37,701 bases of DNA. Source: Barthelona sp. PAP020. Lineage: Eukaryota. Both the position numbers and the translations under genes were made by a program. Below the pieces are notes generated by a model. It searched no databases. It saw nothing but the letters and a program-made list of their open reading frames with translations, and was not told the origin of the DNA. This document shows positions 19,723 to 28,160 of this stretch, piece by piece. Positions within the stretch are counted from its first letter, which is position 1; each line of letters begins with the position of its first letter. The stretch is from positions 1-37,701 of the forward strand of contig JARQWU010000074.1 in assembly GCA_040182905.1 (NCBI GenBank). The letters are read 5' to 3'.

Positions 19723-20264
19723 ATGTCGCTTTCAAATAGACGCCTTCAACAAGAGGCCAAGCAATTTCATAGAAATGAAAATGATTTCATAACTGCAGGT
19801 ATTTAAAGCTTTATTCAATGTTTTTGATTTTCTAACGATTTTTAGGTCCTTCAGAAGATAATTTATATCTTTGGAGAGCAGTAATTTTTGCACCTCCTGA
19901 TTGTCCATGGACTGGTGGAGTTTTTAAAGCTGAATTAAGATTTCCTGAAAATTATCCCATGGTTCCTCCTGAAATGCGTTTTACCACTCCAGTCTATCAT
20001 CCAAATGTATATCAAGATGGAAAAGTTTGTATTTCTATTCTTCATCCTCCAGGAGATGATCCATATGGATATGAACATGCATCTGAACGTTGGTCTCCAG
20101 CTCAATCTGTTGAATCTATTTTAATTTCTGTTTTATCAATCTTTTCTGACCCTAATTTTGAATCTCCTGCCAATATTGATTGTGCCATTCAATTTAGAGA
20201 CGATAAAGAGGGTTGGAATGCACAAGTTCAACAATGTGTTCTTCATTCCCAAGAATCTCTTTAA
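19723..20264 (+). CDS. UBC7: Ubiquitin-conjugating enzyme E2, Ubc7/UBE2G type; exons 19723-19798 and 19846-20264
   Basis: The spliced frame reads MSLSNRRLQQEAK...FITAG/PSEDNLYLWRAVIF...HPNVYQDGKVCISILHPPGDDPYGYEHASERWSP, including the acidic insertion loop of Ubc7/UBE2G. Confidence 0.92.
19799..19845 (+). other. 47-nt spliceosomal intron
   Basis: Sequence GTATTT...TTCTAACGATTTTTAG. Its removal restores the conserved E2 N-terminus. Confidence 0.9.
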
Positions 20265-20330
20265 GATTGTATGATAGCATTTCTTTTCTAATAAATTTAT
20301 CAGCCATATATAATTTTTTATTTTTTTTTC

Positions 20331-20583
20331 CTTGTGCAAAACTTTTCCAAGGCTGAAGATCTCAGTTGATTAATAAATAGTAAACCATAATCTTTATTCT
20401 TTTGGGGGAAAGAGAGAATAACTTCTTGAAAGGAGCCTTTCAGTTTAAAGATCTAATCTTTCATATGTTGTCATTGGAAACCTACATCTATGTTAGATGT
20501 GAAATATTGTGTTATTAATTGATCAAAAGAGCCTTAGACTCCATTTTTAAGTTAAAATCTATCCTAACAGTGCAAATTTTCAT
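20331..20583 (+). repeat. Dispersed structured element, copy B (lacks the distal part of about 130 nt)
   Basis: CTTGTGCAAAACTTTTCCA...ATCTTTATTCTTTTGGGGGA...AATTGATCAAAAGAGC...ATCCTAACAGTGCAAATTTTCAT aligns with 14678-14941. Confidence 0.85.
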
Positions 20584-20629
20584 CAAATAAAGCGCAAAAG
20601 ACAGAATAAAATACAAAATATAAAATTAT

Positions 20630-21412
20630 TTACATTTGAGGATTGTAAGCATAAGGATCATACACATTTTGAGATTGTTGATAATATTGTTCTGGTTGTT
20701 GTTGTGGTTGACCCATTGGTGATTGATATTGTTGTCCCATATTAGGATCGTAGTATTGTTGTTGTGGTTGACCCATTGGTGATTGGTATTGTTGCCCTGC
20801 ATTTGGGTCATAATATTGTTGTTGTTGGGCATATTGTGGTTGCTGATATTGTGGCTGTTGTTGATATTGTGGTTGTGGTTGATATTGTGGTTGTGGTTGA
20901 TATTGTGGTTGTGGTTGATACTGTACCATATTTGGATCATAATATTGTTGTTGTGGTTGAGGAGCAATAACTTCCATTGGATTAGAAGTAGAATACGCAT
21001 TTTGGCTATATTGCATATTATTTCCTGCTGCAATCATACGAGAACGTTCATCAATAGGCATACCATTTACACCAATGGAAGGTAAATTGGCCATTTGTCT
21101 TCTGGCAGAACTGCATTGTTTTAAAAAGCTCGAAGCAAAATTACCAGCACCCGACGAACTGAAGCTAAGTTTAACATCAACGAGAGTTTCAGAAACAACC
21201 GCTCTGAAAGTAATATTATTAGCTCCAAAAAGTGGTTGATGAAATTCCTCATCTTCAATAGTAACTAATTGAATGGCGTATCTGGTACGACTCTGAAATT
21301 CAATAACTAAGTGAGTTTTGTACAATTCGACTCTACACTTTCCTTGTTCAAATCCACTAATTCTTGCTTCAACAGAACCTGAAGAAGCAATCTTTTGACC
21401 AAATTGACTCAT
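20630..21412 (-). CDS. WBP2-like protein (GRAM/PH-like domain plus Gln/Pro/Tyr-rich repeats)
   Basis: FHQPLFGANNI and KLSFSSSGAGNF match the WBP2 motifs QP.FGAN and KL.F..GGA..F. Likely ATG at 21412. Confidence 0.72.
   Translation of the reverse strand: MSQFGQKIASSGSVEARISGFEQGKCRVELYKTHLVIEFQSRTRYAIQLVTIEDEEFHQPLFGANNITFRAVVSETLVDVKLSFSSSGAGNFASSFLKQCSSARRQMANLPSIGVNGMPIDERSRMIAAGNNMQYSQNAYSTSNPMEVIAPQPQQQYYDPNMVQYQPQPQYQPQPQYQPQPQYQQQPQYQQPQYAQQQQYYDPNAGQQYQSPMGQPQQQYYDPNMGQQYQSPMGQPQQQPEQYYQQSQNVYDPYAYNPQM
20695..20960 (-). repeat. Coding tandem repeats (QPQPQY)n and a duplicated QQQYYDPN.GQQYQSPMGQP unit
   Basis: Repeated TTGATATTGTGGTTGTGG units and two copies of TGTTGTTGTGGTTGACCCATTGGTGATTG on the + strand. 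Confidence 0.85.
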
Positions 21413-21686
21413 TGTATTTAAAAAAAAATGTCTCGGAAAAATATTTTTAAACAAATGGAAATGGAACGATCCTTGGAATTATTTCATTTGAAACTAATAA
21501 AACCCCCATTCTTTGTCATAACAAAAGATTATTCATACCAAATCAATCTTCATATGTAAAGGTACAAAAATTTATATCTTAATGAACAAATATTTATTCT
21601 TATTGGAATAACAAAATATAATTGAAAAATTCTTGACAAAAGAAAAAGGATAAAAGGAAACACATCATATTTTGTTTCCTTTCATA

Positions 21687-22250
21687 ATGTCAATACCTCC
21701 ATTGCCAGAATTAAAGTTATCCAAAGCTGAGGAATTAACAAGATATGTTAATAATATAGTTTATGAAAATGAAAAGAATTTGTTTGTTCTTGACGATGAT
21801 GTTGATGATAAGACTTTTAGAAGTGTCGAAGCAGAAACATTGAATAATTTAACAACAATTGGGTCCATTATTGAAGAATTAACCAGATTTATTCTTTTAT
21901 TTGATTATTCACCCGATATCACTTATTTTGAAAAACAAAGAATAAAATTACAATTATTGGCACAAAAAATGCAAAATAAATTGACAAAATTACATTTAAA
22001 ACCGTCTCCTGTACGTTTAAAAAGTGTTGAGGAAGGACCAACAGATCCTTCCAAGTTAGATTCAGGATTGGCTTCTGTATTTTCTGAAACAGAAAGTGAT
22101 TTATCGCATGCAAGTTCTTTTGACCCAAATAGTGTATTGGAATTGCAAGTTAAATTGACTCCATCTGAATATGAGACACTATTATCAGCTCGAGGATCAA
22201 GAGGGTTACCAAGTTCAACAGTTGTAATTCAAAAGGATGATTTTTTGTAA
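21687..22250 (+). CDS. Hypothetical protein (187 aa)
   Basis: Open frame with coding-like composition between AT-rich spacers; no family recognised. Confidence 0.7.
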   Translation: MSIPPLPELKLSKAEELTRYVNNIVYENEKNLFVLDDDVDDKTFRSVEAETLNNLTTIGSIIEELTRFILLFDYSPDITYFEKQRIKLQLLAQKMQNKLTKLHLKPSPVRLKSVEEGPTDPSKLDSGLASVFSETESDLSHASSFDPNSVLELQVKLTPSEYETLLSARGSRGLPSSTVVIQKDDFL

Positions 22251-22426
22251 AATATGTAAGATTTTTTTATTTATTTCTATTTAATGTGATTTTCCAATTC
22301 CTTAACATTTATTCAAACATAAATATAATAATAAGATCTAAGATAAAAAAAAGAAGGATAAAAACACGCAAACAAGAAAATAAGTATTTACTTTTATTAA
22401 TGAAAAAGATATAGAGAATTGAAATA

Positions 22427-24355
22427 ATGTCATATTTAACCACGAAGTCACATAATATTAAAAATATAATCGACGAAGCAATTAATGAAGAAATATTATT
22501 TATCACTGAATTGATAAATGATCACATGGTTTTCTATACCAATATGAATCGATTAATAATTTTTAATAAATATTTTGACATTATAAATGTGATAAAATTA
22601 CCTTCTAGTCTTGATTCAAGAAATGTTTTAGAAATGTATTTATCTTCTGACAATTTAATTTTTGTTCAAAAAAATATTGTTTATTGTTACGATATTGTGA
22701 CTGAAGTATTTAAATGTTACAATCATTGCATGGAATTTGAAGAAATGAATGAAAGAAAAATATTTTTTTTTGACATGAACAGGAATTTGAATTTGATTGA
22801 TGATCACATGATATTTAGATATGAAAAAAGATTTTTGAGAAAGCCTTGTTTTTTTGAATTTCTTGAATTGACGAAGAAGGATGAAAGAATTCTGCAAATC
22901 AAATTTTATAGCGATTTTTTGGTATATCTTACTGAAAATAAATTAATAATGTTAGATTTGATGACATTTAGACCATTAAAATATTTGAGCATGTTGAATT
23001 CCAAAATTCCCAAAATTACTTCAGCAGCTAGGCTTTTTGTTAGTGCTTCTTTTATAATTATTTTACAAGATACAGAAATTTTTTTGATCGATATGATGAT
23101 GTTTGATGTTTCTAAGACAGTTTCATTTCCAAATTCAAATGTCGAAAATATTTGTGTTATCGAAGGGTTTTTGATTATTAGAGCAGATAATGTCATATAT
23201 TTATATGAAAATGAAACATTTAAACTTTTGAGAAAAATTGAAAGTGAACATCTGCATTTCTTCAAAAATGTTGCTCCCAACATCGTCATATATCAACAAA
23301 AAAAATCAGAATTTGTAACATTGAGTACGCCTACGCTACATCAAGTTTCTTTGTTGAGACAACTAGATGGTGATAATATTCACGCTATTGATAGTATTGA
23401 AAAGACCCCTGATAGTCATTATAAGGAACTTTTAACTTTAGAATTAAGGATTTTACAGGCTTCAAAACTCTGGGAAGATAAAGACTTTTCCAGTGCCTTA
23501 TTTATTATCGTTGAGTTTGTCTTTCCATTTTGTAATGAGAACGTTTGGAACATATTAATAGAAAAACTCATTGAACTGAATGAAATTGTTCTCCTTCAAC
23601 CCTATATTCACCACATTAGCAATCCACATCAATTGAAAAAGATTGTGTCTGAGATGGTTTTATCCTTTATTGAAGGAAATAACCTTCGTCAGTTGTTCAC
23701 TTTCACCCAATTCATTTGTACTTTGGGGGTAAACTTGATCGACATCGTTATTGACACCATTCACACTTGTCATTCTGTTATTGATGAAAAGATTGATGTT
23801 TTGATTTTAAAAAGTTTGTTACTATGCTACAACGCAAAGAATCTACCGGTAAGAAGTTTGAAAATTCTTCTCATCTTGGATGAGCCTTCAATTTTACAAC
23901 ATATCATTGAAAACAAATTATTTGATGTATTCAAGATTAATTCTCCAAATTTTTCCAAACATTTCACGTTACAACAAAGAAAAGATATCGTTGTTAAACT
24001 TTTTCTTCAATTTCCTCAAAATGTTTTCAATTTCGTCATCATTAACTTCGATCACATCTTGCTTGGTGATATTGACACATTCCTAAAATCATCCAAAAAC
24101 GAAAACGTGAAATTGATCAGGTTGAAATTTTTGGCAAAGGTTTCTGAGAATTTCATCATTGAAACAGGAATTTATCATAACGAAATATTCCAATATTATG
24201 CTTCTCAAGTGAAAAATAATGTTGATGTTGTAGATAACATTCGTAAATTCAAGAATTTATGTGAGCAATCTTTCTATTATGATTTAGAATTGGTTCAAAG
24301 TCTTGCAATTGATTTAAATTTGTTTGAGGCCATACAAATAATAAACGAAAGGTAA
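22427..24355 (+). CDS. VPS41: Vps41-like HOPS subunit, divergent and C-terminally short
   Basis: Beta-rich N-terminal half. KLWEDKDFSSA...VWNILIEKL...LQPYI, LKSLLLCY...LQHIIENKLFD and YHNEIFQYYA...SFYYDLE...INER parallel the Vps41 helical/clathrin-repeat region. Confidence 0.6.
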   Translation: MSYLTTKSHNIKNIIDEAINEEILFITELINDHMVFYTNMNRLIIFNKYFDIINVIKLPSSLDSRNVLEMYLSSDNLIFVQKNIVYCYDIVTEVFKCYNHCMEFEEMNERKIFFFDMNRNLNLIDDHMIFRYEKRFLRKPCFFEFLELTKKDERILQIKFYSDFLVYLTENKLIMLDLMTFRPLKYLSMLNSKIPKITSAARLFVSASFIIILQDTEIFLIDMMMFDVSKTVSFPNSNVENICVIEGFLIIRADNVIYLYENETFKLLRKIESEHLHFFKNVAPNIVIYQQKKSEFVTLSTPTLHQVSLLRQLDGDNIHAIDSIEKTPDSHYKELLTLELRILQASKLWEDKDFSSALFIIVEFVFPFCNENVWNILIEKLIELNEIVLLQPYIHHISNPHQLKKIVSEMVLSFIEGNNLRQLFTFTQFICTLGVNLIDIVIDTIHTCHSVIDEKIDVLILKSLLLCYNAKNLPVRSLKILLILDEPSILQHIIENKLFDVFKINSPNFSKHFTLQQRKDIVVKLFLQFPQNVFNFVIINFDHILLGDIDTFLKSSKNENVKLIRLKFLAKVSENFIIETGIYHNEIFQYYASQVKNNVDVVDNIRKFKNLCEQSFYYDLELVQSLAIDLNLFEAIQIINER

Positions 24356-24761
24356 CAATAGTTAAACATTCTTCTTCTTCTTTTTTTTCTTTATCATAAG
24401 TGTGAATTTTGAATTCATCTTGGGTTTTCTACAATATTTAATCGTCAATTAATTTTTTTTTAATTTTTTATTTTAATTTCAATGTCAATAGTAAAATTTC
24501 CTTTATTTATTCTATTTTTTTTTCCATTTGGGGTTTAAACTTTGTATTTTTATGTCTAAACCACAATTAATCATCAAATTAAGTATATGTATTAGTAACA
24601 TCAATAAAATGACTAATCTTCCATCTTTTTCACTTTACAATTTCTTTTTTGAACTTCTTTTTATTCTATTGGTTTATATGTTAATTAATACAACATTTTG
24701 ATAAATAAATCCACAAAGAGTCAAACAAATGATTTTTGATATTTTTTATTTTTTTCATCCT

Positions 24762-26079
24762 ATGGCAAATCCTGTATATAATGCACAAGTATCCCATTAA
24801 TTCTAACGTTTAGAAAAGAGTTGTTATCAAAAAACCTCAAAAAACCACAAAAAATAAAAATAGTGGTAATGAAATTCCTAAATCATTAAAACGCAAAATG
24901 ATTAAAGCTATGGAAGAACAAAGAATAGAACTTGAAAGGGAAGAAGCTGAAAAAATTGAAAATGAAAATAAATTGGCCAATCTCAATCAAAATGATCTGT
25001 TATTATCGGATGATGAAGATGAATTCGAAGACGAATTAGATGAAGACGAATTACCTGAAGAAGAATATCTCATTGCTGAAGAAATGACCAAGGAAGATTC
25101 TGCTGCTTTGGAAATGTTTTTTGGAAATGATGATGATTGGAATGATCCAATGTTTTTCATGCCTGAAAATGATTATGCAGCTGGAGTTACTGTTTCTGAT
25201 GTGATTAGAGAAAAATTATTAAAAGAAAAGCAAAATATGGAAGAACAGATCGCTGAGACTACTCTAAATCCGAAAATTATTGAAGCCTATACTACGGTAG
25301 GCACTATATTATCTAAATATAAATCTGGAAAGTTGCCTCAAGCTGTTCGTTTAATTTCCAAGGTAAAAAGATGGACTGACATTTTAGATTGCACTAAACC
25401 CTTTGAATGGTCACCAAATGCGACTTTTAAAATGACCAATATATTGGTTGCTGAATTAAACACCAAAAACTGTCAAACTTTTTTCTTTCGCTACTTGTTA
25501 CCAATAGTCAGACAAGATATTGAAGAACATAAGACTCTGAATTATCATCTTTATCGTTCTGTTAGAAGGGCTTTGTATAAGCCATCGGCTTTCTATTTGG
25601 GATTCTTCCTTCCTCTAATAATGCAAGATTGTTCATTACGTGAAGCTATTATCATTTCTAGAATATTGAGAACCACTTCAGTTCCTGTCAAGTATTCTGC
25701 TGCTGCGTTATCTAAATTGTTGGAAATTGAATGGAATCCAATCCAATCGTTTTTCATCAAGATGTTTTTAGATAAGAAATATAACCTTCCACATTCTTTG
25801 ATCGACAAGATAGTTGATCACATAGTCTCTTTTAGTAGTTGGTCTAGAACTGAGAAATTGCCAGTTATTTGGCATCAGATGATTCTCTCGTTGGCCGAAC
25901 ATTATCGAAATGAGTTGAGAGGTTCTCAAAAAGCTGCAATTCTAAGGATGTTAAAAAGACACAAGCATTTCACAATCACACCAATTATTGGACGTGAATT
26001 TCAATTAGGTGTTAATCGTGGGGAAGAAGTTGAGGAGAAAACATTCAGAACCATGATTCCTAAACCTTTGGAAACCTAG
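24762..26079 (+). CDS. BYSL: Bystin/Enp1 (40S ribosome biogenesis factor), with a short first exon and an intron ending at 24813
   Basis: Motifs LSKYKSGKLP, WSPNA, LNYHLYRSVRRALYKPSAF, LDKKYNLP and LPVIWHQ. The upstream ATG at 24762 splices in frame to 24814. Confidence 0.93.
24774..24813 (+). other. Spliceosomal intron (40 nt from GTATAT at 24774, or 25 nt from GTATCC at 24789)
   Basis: The 3' end is TTCTAACGTTTAG. Both donors are phase 0 and preserve the frame; the unspliced frame hits TAA. Confidence 0.75.
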
Positions 26080-26160
26080 GTTATTTATTCAAGCGGGGAA
26101 ATTATAAATATTGAAAAAATTTCTTTTTTCTTTTTCAATTCTTGAAACAAATGAACAAAT

Positions 26161-26579
26161 AAAAAAAAAAGGAGAGCTATTTGCAAGGCAATTTCTTTTA
26201 CCAGATCGAAATTTTCTGTTCTTCCTTTTTTCCTTGAATACCAAACTTTACAATCAACTTCTTCAAAAATTTTAACCTTTTACAAGTGAACTGCAAGAAA
26301 CCTTGTACATTTAGGATGAATTTCAAGAATATCAGAGCCTTTTGGCTCTTTTGAACAATTAGTACTGCAAAGAATTACACATACCGCATAGAAAATTCCT
26401 CTCAACTGGACAGCATATGAAATAAAAGAGTTAAGACTGAGAGGTTCCTGAAAGGAACCCCATTCCCGTCACCCACATCCAAATAAATATGAATGAAGAT
26501 GAAGGTTGATTATTCTATTTAAAAATCACCTTAGACACTAGTTCTCAAGTGAAAGTTTTGTAAAACGTTTCACACAAAG
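26161..26579 (-). repeat. Dispersed structured element, full-length copy C
   Basis: The reverse complement reads ...AACCTTCATCTTCATTC...GGGGTTCCTTTCAGGAACCTCTC...TTTCATATG...CTATGCGGTATGTG...AATTGTTCAAAAGAGCCAAAAGGCTCTGATATT...ATCCTAAATGTACAAG...GAAAATTTCGAT...CTCC(T)10, colinear with copy A. Confidence 0.85.
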
Positions 26580-26598
26580 AAAAAATAAATAAACAAAT

Positions 26599-28092
26599 TT
26601 ATTCATCAATCGATTCATCGGGTTTGACATCGTTATTTTCAGTGGCATTTTTCTCTTCCACCATTTTCATTTTTTTTTCATGTCTTTTTCTTTTATCTCC
26701 AATAATCATGAAAGAAATCACTAAAAATGTTGCGTAAAGATAAAAGGGAACCAAAAAGTACTTTCCTGCAATAGTAAAAAAGTATTTACACTTATCAAAC
26801 TCTAATACAGCGAATGGGAACATTCCAAAATTAAAGCAAGAACTATAGAATAGGATCTTGAAAACCCTCAAAACAATTTTGGGGAACCAATTGGGACGTT
26901 GCCACATTAACTTGTAAAGGATGCTGTCGGTAAAAGATGCCAAAGACAAATTAAAGAAGGAAAAATAGTAGCCGAAATGGAATCCATGCCAAAATGCAGA
27001 AATCTGATTTGTAGCAAATAAAGAGATCACTGGACCCAATACATTTTTCCAACGATGATGGTAGCAATATACTAACCAATTAACAACACCGAAATTCCAA
27101 GAACCAACAGCAATTCTAGCAGATGAAGCAGTCTCAACTTGCCAATAATGCATATTCTTTGACTTCTCATAAGTTGGATCCCCTTTTTCATCAGGGCCCG
27201 TATATCCTAATCCACATAATGAATTTCCTCCTTCAGCAAAATACCATCCACAGTAATATTTGTGACGAACAAGGAAGCATGATATTGAAACAAAGAAAAC
27301 CTTGCGCAAAACTGAATAATCAATAAAGCTTGTTTCTAATAATTTGGCTGGATCAAAGAAAATACCTCCAATCACTCCCATTGTCAATGTGATCATTGAA
27401 GACACAAGACAATGAAGGGTATGTTTTGTACCAGAACAATAACTGTGGCCTTCTTTGTAATTAGATCCATTTAACCAGTTAACAAACGGTTTTGGATGTA
27501 AAATTGGTCCAGCAGCTAAGGGTGAAGGGTGAAGCATCAAATGAAGGTAACTCAAAAAGTCAATATCAGTCATGGCTAAATCCTTGAGAGAATCATGCAA
27601 TTTGTTGAATTCTTCTTCATTTTTCAGCTTCAATCTTCCATCATGCAAAGCCCAACCAACCATATTAGATTTAGCCATAAACATCATGAAAAAGGTCGAT
27701 AAATCATTACCATATCCACTTAATCCACTAAATTGATCTCTTAACTTTAGCATAACATTAAAAGACAAATGAATTATATTAGAAAGCCAACCATATTTGG
27801 GAGCAATCAGTTTCGTTGTAAAATAAAGCATAACGATAGCACCACACAACCAAATAAAATCAGTACTAATGAAAAAAATTGTTAACACTGATCCCCAAAA
27901 AATTCCAAACAAATTCTTTGCGAAAGGAGTTTTAAACTTACGATAAAAATAACAAACAGGTAATGAAACTAAATAATAAATGAAAAAACGTATAAAAAAA
28001 ACAAAATCTGGTCCAATACCATATTTTGCTCCAAACGCACTAAATTCTTCTTGAAATATTCCTTCAGAAGTTGTCAAAAGACTAATTTGCAT
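26599..28092 (-). CDS. MBOAT-family lysophospholipid acyltransferase
   Basis: Multiple hydrophobic segments plus motifs AGP, KYYCGW, WN..V..WL and SAFWHGFHFGYY (catalytic His). Confidence 0.9.
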   Translation of the reverse strand: MQISLLTTSEGIFQEEFSAFGAKYGIGPDFVFFIRFFIYYLVSLPVCYFYRKFKTPFAKNLFGIFWGSVLTIFFISTDFIWLCGAIVMLYFTTKLIAPKYGWLSNIIHLSFNVMLKLRDQFSGLSGYGNDLSTFFMMFMAKSNMVGWALHDGRLKLKNEEEFNKLHDSLKDLAMTDIDFLSYLHLMLHPSPLAAGPILHPKPFVNWLNGSNYKEGHSYCSGTKHTLHCLVSSMITLTMGVIGGIFFDPAKLLETSFIDYSVLRKVFFVSISCFLVRHKYYCGWYFAEGGNSLCGLGYTGPDEKGDPTYEKSKNMHYWQVETASSARIAVGSWNFGVVNWLVYCYHHRWKNVLGPVISLFATNQISAFWHGFHFGYYFSFFNLSLASFTDSILYKLMWQRPNWFPKIVLRVFKILFYSSCFNFGMFPFAVLEFDKCKYFFTIAGKYFLVPFYLYATFLVISFMIIGDKRKRHEKKMKMVEEKNATENNDVKPDESIDE

Positions 28093-28160
28093 GGAAATTA
28101 ATCAAAAAAAAAAAAAGTTTGATGAGAAAAAATAATAATTTTCAATCCAAATCTGTATTT

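Noticed and set aside
20353..20359. CTGAAGA hammerhead core motif in copy B
   Set aside because: No stem II followed by GAAA, and the motif is not conserved in other copies.
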